From a virus (taxonomy: Duplodnaviria > Heunggongvirae > Uroviricota > Caudoviricetes): DNA of 64,000 nucleotides. This document shows, piece by piece, positions 57,969 to 64,000 of this stretch (position 1 is its first letter; the number at the start of each line of letters is the position of its first letter). A program made the position numbers and the translations under genes. The notes under the pieces are model-generated. The model saw nothing but the letters and a program-made list of their open reading frames with translations. It did not search any database and was not told where the DNA came from. The stretch lies in the IMG/VR virus record IMGVR_UViG_3300042868_009434; one strand, given 5' to 3'.

Positions 57969-58655
57969 TTAATTTTTATATTGTTCCTTAATTACTTTGA
58001 TGATTAAACCTCTTAACGATTCGTTTTGAGGTTTTTTTGGTTTATAACTAACCATAGTTGGTTTGTTACCCTTACCAATTTTTGGGTCTTTCTTTTCTTC
58101 TCTACGTTTTTGAGAACAAGCAGATTTTTTTTGACTATCACTCATTTTTCCCGCAACTCCAGCTGCCCGACATTTTGGATAACCTTTTGAATTTGCATCA
58201 GGTCGACCACATGGTGGATGTTTTCCGTCAACTTTACGACAAATATTAACCCAAGGACCACTTGGTTGTTTAGACCCTTTAGGTTTTTTCTTTGTACCAA
58301 ACCAAACCGCTAAATCTTCTCTTAATAAATCTTCTTTCAATGGTAATCCATCCATAGTTGGATTAACCGCAGAACCTTCTTCATCATTTTGTCCTCGGTA
58401 ATCTTTCTTTTGTTTCATTAATATTTTGGAAATTTTTATTGTTCTATTTTCAATTTCTTTTCGTTTTTGTGGTGTTTCTTTAAAATCACCAGCAGCCTCC
58501 TCATAAGCCAATTCAGCATTCGTATATTCGTACACATTATCAGTAAAAGGGCCTAATTGGTTTTTTTCCCAAATTTGAGGTGCTAATACTATTGGAACTT
58601 TAATTGAACCTGAATTTCCTGAACCGGTTGCTTCACTAATCTTATTCTTTTTCAT
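57969..58655 (-). CDS. Hypothetical protein with basic Cys-rich domain
   Basis: LLRE-DLAVWF...WVNIC...PCGR...YPKCR; TATTTAT at 58671-58677. Confidence 0.55.
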   Translation of the reverse strand: MKKNKISEATGSGNSGSIKVPIVLAPQIWEKNQLGPFTDNVYEYTNAELAYEEAAGDFKETPQKRKEIENRTIKISKILMKQKKDYRGQNDEEGSAVNPTMDGLPLKEDLLREDLAVWFGTKKKPKGSKQPSGPWVNICRKVDGKHPPCGRPDANSKGYPKCRAAGVAGKMSDSQKKSACSQKRREEKKDPKIGKGNKPTMVSYKPKKPQNESLRGLIIKVIKEQYKN

Positions 58656-58692
58656 ATATTTGACTTATTAATAAATATACAATTTAACAATA

Positions 58693-58941
58693 ATGGAACA
58701 CGAAAGACAACCAATCGGATTATTATTTGATAGTGTGGGGTACAATTCACCTGATGATGTAGATAAATTAACAGATGAAATGACAATCGCACAATCTTTT
58801 TACCTTTTAACCGAAGCATTACATTATGTTCACAAAACTAGATTATTCACAATGCAAGAAACAGAATTGGTTTCAAAGTCATTAAGAATATTACATAAGG
58901 TAATATCGGACAATTCCAATGAATCCGAAACAACAGAATAA
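58693..58941 (+). CDS. Hypothetical protein
   Basis: 82-aa ORF. Confidence 0.5.
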   Translation: MEHERQPIGLLFDSVGYNSPDDVDKLTDEMTIAQSFYLLTEALHYVHKTRLFTMQETELVSKSLRILHKVISDNSNESETTE

Positions 58942-58942
58942 A

Positions 58943-58967
58943 AAAAAAGGTCTCACGGGACCTTTTT
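58943..58967. terminator. Bidirectional terminator
   Basis: AAAAAGGTC...GACCTTTTT between convergent genes. Confidence 0.7.
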
Positions 58968-58973
58968 CTGTTT

Positions 58974-59759
58974 TTATAATTTATTACCACAAGACGGACA
59001 AAACTTAAAGTTTGATTTTGTTTTGACCCCGCATTCAGTACAATATTGTCTAATATCCTGAGATGTCTTATTTTTAGTGGTTAGTGGTTGTATCTTATAC
59101 AATATCTGATGAGAAGTATAAGAATTAAATTCTTCATATGAGTTTTGGAAATTTTGGTCCGATTTCCCACCTTTTTCAACTCTACCAGTCTCAATTGATT
59201 TTTTGGAACGAGTACGAGGTATACTCAAATCAACTGATGATGTATTAGTATAATATGCGTTTGAACCTCCAATAATACTTGTTGTATTAGTTGTAAATGT
59301 TGTTGGAGAAACATATCCACCTGTATGGTTTAAATTTCCGTACAATACATCATTCGCCCATGGACGATATGTACCGGAATGATTCAGATTAAGGTTATTC
59401 ACATGAACAACTCTTTCGTCGTAGAACTCTACCCTAACATCCCCGTTTAACGATATTGCCGATTGATTTTCGGAAGTATTATTAACAGAGTAGGTACTGA
59501 ACTGAAATTTGTTATTAGTGTCTAAAAACCTCTCTAAAAAGATTCTTTCACCCGGTCTTAAAACTAAACCACTTTGAGAGATATAATCTCCGTTCAATTT
59601 AATTTTACAAAGTACTGTTTTTTTTGTTGGGTTATGAATTTCGAATTCGAAATTGTCTTGGTCTTCCATGAAGACTACGTGTCCATTGTAGATTTTTAGA
59701 CGCGATTTTTTCTTTGTGATGTGAGCGTTTGGTTTGCTCACCGCAGTTGTGTAATTCAT
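58974..59759 (-). CDS. Hypothetical protein with C-terminal double zinc ribbon
   Basis: FE.EI.NP...KLNG...LRPGERIFLERF N-domain; C-terminal CTECG...FCPSCG. Confidence 0.6.
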   Translation of the reverse strand: MNYTTAVSKPNAHITKKKSRLKIYNGHVVFMEDQDNFEFEIHNPTKKTVLCKIKLNGDYISQSGLVLRPGERIFLERFLDTNNKFQFSTYSVNNTSENQSAISLNGDVRVEFYDERVVHVNNLNLNHSGTYRPWANDVLYGNLNHTGGYVSPTTFTTNTTSIIGGSNAYYTNTSSVDLSIPRTRSKKSIETGRVEKGGKSDQNFQNSYEEFNSYTSHQILYKIQPLTTKNKTSQDIRQYCTECGVKTKSNFKFCPSCGNKL

Positions 59760-59775
59760 TTTACTTAATTTTATA

Positions 59776-59844
59776 ATAGTTAATGACTATGTTACTGATA
59801 CCTTCGTGTCCGTGAATACTCAAAAGTCAAAATGACTCGGGACC
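59776..59844 (-). ncRNA. Candidate structured 5' leader RNA (family unassigned)
   Basis: Several stems (AGTCA/TGACT, GTCC/GGAC, ATAGT/ACTAT) in a locally GC-richer leader of about 105 nt. Confidence 0.3.
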
Positions 59845-59883
59845 AATAATCTAAAATCTATGAATAAATATATGTGAAAAAAT

Positions 59884-59914
59884 TTTGTGGTGTAGTGAAA
59901 AGTATTTATATTTG
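59884..59914 (+). promoter_or_regulatory. Bacteroidota housekeeping-type promoter
   Basis: TTTG(59884)-N19-TATATTTG(59907). Confidence 0.75.
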
Positions 59915-59931
59915 TAGAAAATTTATAAATT

Positions 59932-60204
59932 ATGAAAAAATTATTTATTACTTTAGTATTACTTGTTGGAACATTAACATTTTCTCAAACTAAACCAAAA
60001 ACAAAAGACATCGATAAGGATATCAATGTCTTATTAGATTCGTTATCTAAAGTCTATAAAGTAAAAGTTGGTTCAGTTATTGTTGAGGATTATCCTAATT
60101 TAAGAGTCACGTCAATTGCCTATTATCAAAACGATGAATTAACCTACAAAGTTATTCAAACAGAAAAAAACCCAACAAAAAGAAATATATTTGGCAACTA
60201 TTAA
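59932..60204 (+). CDS. Small exported protein (Sec signal peptide)
   Basis: MKK-LFITLVLLVGTLTFS/Q, with Gln at +1. Confidence 0.7.
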   Translation: MKKLFITLVLLVGTLTFSQTKPKTKDIDKDINVLLDSLSKVYKVKVGSVIVEDYPNLRVTSIAYYQNDELTYKVIQTEKNPTKRNIFGNY

Positions 60205-61373
60205 ATAGTTTTATTACAGTTTGCGGTGACACTATATCCGGTTTTAATCTTATATGTTCCAATTGGTGAATAAACTTTAAGTCCTGATTCACCAGAAGGT
60301 CCATTAAAATTTAAAGTTACTGGGCCTGTTTGTTGTGTATAAACAACAAATTCTTTAACACCTTGTTCACATAAACGTTTAAGGTCGTCTAATGGGTCAC
60401 CAACTTCATCATTTCCTCCACCAAAACTTTTTGTTGGGTCTATTAAAAGTTGTTTAAATAATTCTTCATAACTATTGGCAGTTATTTTAATAATTTTACT
60501 ACCACTAACCGATACATTATTTTTTAAATTAATAAGTGTTAATTGGTAAACATATAATGGAACCCATTTAAAATTTCTATATACATGAGCACGTGTTGTA
60601 ACATATCCGGTGTCTTGAGTTATTACATTATTTTTATTAGTAACAATTAATCTATCAGGAATACTTCCGGTATCAAAAGTTATAACACCTTTACCAAATA
60701 ATTTTTCATTGGTTAACACATAATCATACCTTTCTTCACCTTGTCCTGCGTTTATTTTTCTACCGGGCCATTGACAAATATTTTGGGAATCCGAATCTCT
60801 AACCTCTCCAGTTCCTTTAATATCGAAATTAACAAATTGTTCCTGTTTGTATAATTTAATTAATTCAGGATTTTTACTGTCACCTTTAGTTTTATCATAT
60901 GGTGTTTTACCTAAAACAACTTGGCTAGCATCCTTAGGTCCTTCAATAATTAAAGTACCGTTTTCAATTAACTCAGGAAATATTTCTTGAAAATATTGTT
61001 TAACCGAATTGGCTCTTGCCAAAGCTAAACTTCCTTTTGTTTCAAACCCTTTTGGATTTGTCACATTTGATTCTCCCGCACTAATATTTACAATAAATTC
61101 GTTACCACCACTTTTTTTAATAAATTCTTCAATTTTAGGTTTTAAAGCCTCAATAGAATTTTTAACAACATCAGATTGATATTCACCAAATTTAAATTGA
61201 TTTCCAATTTTTTGTGTTGGAAATACCGTATTAGCAGATGATGTAGTTGTTTTAGTTGCAATTGGTTGTACCGCCTGTTCTAAAGTTAAATATTGTCTAT
61301 TTGTTGCGGATTCATGAAGATTTAATATCCTATTTCTTTCATCTTCATCTATATTCCATGTTTGTTTAATCAT
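60201..61373 (-). CDS. OmpA-like-domain protein (OmpA-like domain N-terminal) with conserved leader
   Basis: F.FG, ISAGES, LALARANSVKQYF and EQFVNFDI resemble the OmpA_C fold; leader shared with 61889..62995. Confidence 0.6.
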   Translation of the reverse strand: MIKQTWNIDEDERNRILNLHESATNRQYLTLEQAVQPIATKTTTSSANTVFPTQKIGNQFKFGEYQSDVVKNSIEALKPKIEEFIKKSGGNEFIVNISAGESNVTNPKGFETKGSLALARANSVKQYFQEIFPELIENGTLIIEGPKDASQVVLGKTPYDKTKGDSKNPELIKLYKQEQFVNFDIKGTGEVRDSDSQNICQWPGRKINAGQGEERYDYVLTNEKLFGKGVITFDTGSIPDRLIVTNKNNVITQDTGYVTTRAHVYRNFKWVPLYVYQLTLINLKNNVSVSGSKIIKITANSYEELFKQLLIDPTKSFGGGNDEVGDPLDDLKRLCEQGVKEFVVYTQQTGPVTLNFNGPSGESGLKVYSPIGTYKIKTGYSVTANCNKTI

Positions 61374-61407
61374 TTTAACTATTTTATAATAAATATAACC
61401 AAAAAAT

Positions 61408-61438
61408 TTTGTGGGTAATTAAAAAATATTTATATTTG
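61408..61438 (+). promoter_or_regulatory. Bacteroidota housekeeping-type promoter, back-to-back with TATTTAT (61389-61395)
   Basis: TTTG(61408)-N19-TATATTTG(61431). Confidence 0.75.
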
Positions 61439-61463
61439 TACAAATATTAAAACATCTACACAT

Positions 61464-61853
61464 ATGAAAAACTTAATTACCATCATTCTTTTTATTTTTA
61501 TTTCAAATTTATCATTTGGTCAAATTCAAGCCGTAAAAGCGGGGAACTATTATGAATTAAATGATTTGTGGAAACGTGATTCCATATCAGTTAAACAATT
61601 AATGGATACCTACAAATTAGATATCTCTAATTTAGTTTATGTTAAATTTTTTGGCGATTTTGAATTAAGTCAAGAATTACACGATAACTACTCTTACACA
61701 ACATATGTTTATGCACTAGACAAGAAAACAGGTGTTGTCACTATGGAATCAATTCCTCACGTAAATAAAATACCAAAACCTAACAAATATGTTATGGTTT
61801 ATTGTTTTGATAATTATACTGACAGTAAAATTATTAATATTAAGGTATTTTAA
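61464..61853 (+). CDS. Small exported protein (Sec signal peptide)
   Basis: MKN-LITIILFIFISNLSFG/Q, with Gln at +1. Confidence 0.7.
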   Translation: MKNLITIILFIFISNLSFGQIQAVKAGNYYELNDLWKRDSISVKQLMDTYKLDISNLVYVKFFGDFELSQELHDNYSYTTYVYALDKKTGVVTMESIPHVNKIPKPNKYVMVYCFDNYTDSKIINIKVF

Positions 61854-61854
61854 T

Positions 61855-61890
61855 AAAAAAAAAAAGGGTCTTAATAGACCCTTTTTTTTT
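61855..61890. terminator. Bidirectional terminator
   Basis: A-tract, GGGTCT-TAAT-AGACCC, T-tract. Confidence 0.8.
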
Positions 61891-62995
61891 ATTGTTGTTG
61901 TTTCATTATTTGAGGAAGTTTAATAATTAATCTTCTATTAGGTGCCGTTTGATTTTCATCTGTTACGTCAGGCCATTTTTTACCCTTAGCAAATTGGTCA
62001 GTTTCTCCAATACCTTTAGGTATAAAATTTAATTTAATTCCCGGTAAACTATTTTTAAGAAGTGAAGCAATTGTTTCTGCTCTTTTTTTAGATAAATCCA
62101 TATTATAATCTTTTCTTTTTTGACCTGTTTTAAGTTTACCTTCAGGGTCTTCATCGATAGATGCTGATGATATTACTTCTACATCTCCTGTAGCATCAGA
62201 ATAATTAGTTTTAATTGATTTGATAAAATCTTTAAATTCTTGTTTAGCCTCATCTGTTAAATTAGTCTCATTAAATCTAAATGGACTTTCAATATTTAAT
62301 TCAAATGGTATATCTGTTGGTATGTCTTCAGGTGTTTCAGGTGTAGGTTTATTTGAAAAATATTTAGCACTAACACCAGGAAACAATTGTATTAAAATTC
62401 CTTTATTACCTTTTTTAACATACATTACTGGTGATATTGTATCATCTTCAGATTCTTCATACCTACCTTCTAATAAAGTTATATCCATCGCCACTATTTT
62501 TGCGGTATAAACTGTTGGTACTCCAACTTTTGTTTTGTCAAGTGCATGTGGAAGTCTTTTGTCTGAGAATGGGGGTGACATGGCAATAAGTTTATATTCA
62601 ACATTATTATATTGCATAGGCCTAATACCTTGTGAGGATAACGAAGTTGCACCAATTTCATTCCAATATTCGTCAGTAATTTTAAAATTTAAACCCCAAC
62701 CTTTATCGGAAATTAACTCCCCTGATTTATAATTAACTTTAAAATTATATAAATCACCACCTATATAAGTCCAAGGAGTCGCCTCTTTATTTTTTCTATC
62801 ATCCCATACTGAACAGTATAAGTAACCTTCGTTAATTTTAAAATATAGTGGAGTATTAACTATTTGATAATAAGAATCATCTATTACTTCTTCGTTTTCT
62901 TGTTCTGATAAGTACAATCTTTTAGTTGCACTCTCATGAAGATTTAAAATTCTATTTTTTTCATCCTCATTTATATTCCAATTCTGTTTAATCAT
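61889..62995 (-). CDS. OmpA-like-domain protein (OmpA-like domain C-terminal) with conserved leader
   Basis: FRFNETNL, YNMDLSKKRAETIA, KGIGE and PNRRLII; TATTTATA at 63010-63017. Confidence 0.8.
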   Translation of the reverse strand: MIKQNWNINEDEKNRILNLHESATKRLYLSEQENEEVIDDSYYQIVNTPLYFKINEGYLYCSVWDDRKNKEATPWTYIGGDLYNFKVNYKSGELISDKGWGLNFKITDEYWNEIGATSLSSQGIRPMQYNNVEYKLIAMSPPFSDKRLPHALDKTKVGVPTVYTAKIVAMDITLLEGRYEESEDDTISPVMYVKKGNKGILIQLFPGVSAKYFSNKPTPETPEDIPTDIPFELNIESPFRFNETNLTDEAKQEFKDFIKSIKTNYSDATGDVEVISSASIDEDPEGKLKTGQKRKDYNMDLSKKRAETIASLLKNSLPGIKLNFIPKGIGETDQFAKGKKWPDVTDENQTAPNRRLIIKLPQIMKQQQ

Positions 62996-63022
62996 TTCTA
63001 TTGTTTTACTATAAATACTTCG

Positions 63023-63058
63023 AAAAAAAAAAAGAGGACAAATATTTGTCCTCTTTTT
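63023..63058 (-). terminator. Terminator after major capsid gene
   Basis: AGAGGACA-N6-TGTCCTCT with a long T-tract on the minus strand. Confidence 0.8.
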
Positions 63059-63078
63059 GGTATATCATAAGATATTGA

Positions 63079-63999
63079 TTATCTCAATTCTCTTAAGTCG
63101 AATGTTCTAACACCATCAACTGTGATACGTCCGTAGAATCTGTTGTTAACCATTTTCTTAGCGTAACGTGTCATAATACCTTTGATAGGTGTAAAGTTGA
63201 ATGGGTTGTACATTGTTGGAGTTAATTGTAACGGTACGTATGGTGCGTAGATGTATCCTGTGTCTAACAATGATGTTCCTTTGTGTCCCATTAACACTTG
63301 GTTTGGTGGGAAGTAAGGGTCACGGTAAACTTGGTAACGTCCTGCAAGAGTACCAACTCTTTCAATACCCATGTTGTATTGGTCTTGCTCAGGAGAAGCG
63401 TTTGATACGTGGAAGTATTCTAAATCGTCAAAGATAGCTGAGATTTCAGAAGAAACTACAATCCAGTTCGCTCCACCTCTTAATGTAGATTTGTGGATTT
63501 GAGCAGAGATTTGGTTAATCGCTGTGATAAGCGTTTGGTTCCAGTCTTTTTGAGTATAAGGAACTGCAGAAGACCCTAAACGTTTCCAACCATTGTAATC
63601 CCAACGTAAGTTCCATGCTGCACCTTTACGTAAATCTCTTAAGATTTCACGGTCGATTTCAGCCGCAACTTGCTCAGATAATAAAGCTGTTAATTCAGCT
63701 TCAGCATCGATGTTGTGGAATGCAGCAACGTCTTGAGCCATTTCAGGAGACCATTGTGCTCTTAATTTTCTTTCTGTTACAGAAACAGTTACCGACATTA
63801 AGTCAAAAGAAACCTCACCAATTCTATCTTCAAACTCTAAGTTTTTGTAGATTCTATAACTAGCTACAAATGAAGTGTTTGATGTAGTATTAGATGAGAA
63901 TGTTGAACCTGTATAACCGTCCATTGAACCACCACAAGTAATACATACTGGTACTTGTAAATCAACTTCTAAGTAAATTTTACCTTCAGCATCACATAA
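63079..63999 (-). CDS. gp23: Major capsid protein (T4 gp23-like), partial; continues beyond the window
   Basis: RKLRAQWSPEMAQD, DAEAEL..LLSEQ...EIDREI, RGGANW, YAPYVPL and P..GIMTRY. The frame stays open upstream of 63924 (LCDAEGKIYLEVDLQVPVCITCGGS). Confidence 0.95.
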   Translation of the reverse strand, partial: LCDAEGKIYLEVDLQVPVCITCGGSMDGYTGSTFSSNTTSNTSFVASYRIYKNLEFEDRIGEVSFDLMSVTVSVTERKLRAQWSPEMAQDVAAFHNIDAEAELTALLSEQVAAEIDREILRDLRKGAAWNLRWDYNGWKRLGSSAVPYTQKDWNQTLITAINQISAQIHKSTLRGGANWIVVSSEISAIFDDLEYFHVSNASPEQDQYNMGIERVGTLAGRYQVYRDPYFPPNQVLMGHKGTSLLDTGYIYAPYVPLQLTPTMYNPFNFTPIKGIMTRYAKKMVNNRFYGRITVDGVRTFDLRELR

Positions 64000-64000
64000 G

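Noticed and set aside
59776-59844. Twister, HDV-like or ykkC/guanidine assignment prompted by TGGTCCCGAG and CACGAAGG
   Set aside because: The remaining conserved elements (e.g. twister GAGGG, ykkC AAAAGCCCGGGAG, an HDV nested pseudoknot) could not be found, so the structure is left unassigned.
1855-63863. Other 60-95 aa track ORFs lying wholly inside longer genes (e.g. 3154..3336, 9089..9304, 46714..46947, 62220..62510, 63615..63863)
   Set aside because: They have no recognisable motifs or promoters and are fully overlapped by well-supported genes.
1-64000. Stop-codon reassignment (code 15 or 4), as in some large Bacteroidota/Prevotella phages
   Set aside because: Long conserved genes (sheath, PolB, SNF2, Gmd) are intact and coding density is high under the standard code.

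Overview
This 64-kb AT-rich window comes from a large T4-like contractile-tailed (myovirus) phage genome and reads in the standard genetic code. The host is most likely Bacteroidota: there are three exact TTTG-N19-TAnnTTTG promoters, and two signal peptides have Gln at +1. Virion genes include tail tube, tail sheath, neck proteins, a baseplate hub, a gp5-like spike and a partial major capsid protein. Replication and metabolism genes include family B DNA polymerase, an SNF2 helicase, a 3'-5' exonuclease, dUTPase, PhoH, SOD, a SET-domain protein and a sigma-like factor. About half the window is devoted to glycosylation. One minus-strand cluster has Thr/Pro-rich mucin-like proteins followed directly by a GT60 polypeptide GlcNAc-transferase and five more glycan enzymes. 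One plus-strand island has about ten further GT-like genes plus a Gmd/ColD/Fcl-like set that points to GDP-colitose. Other notable signals are a TATTTAT motif just upstream of the start codons of most late genes (reverse complement of the T4 late promoter), shared I/L-x-E leader peptides that suggest capsid-packaged cargo (including an SOD-nuclease fusion), and a duplicated module pairing an OmpA-like protein with a convergent signal-peptide gene. No CRISPR array, tRNA, rRNA, integrase or transposase was seen. All assignments come from motif recognition by eye; no searches were run.
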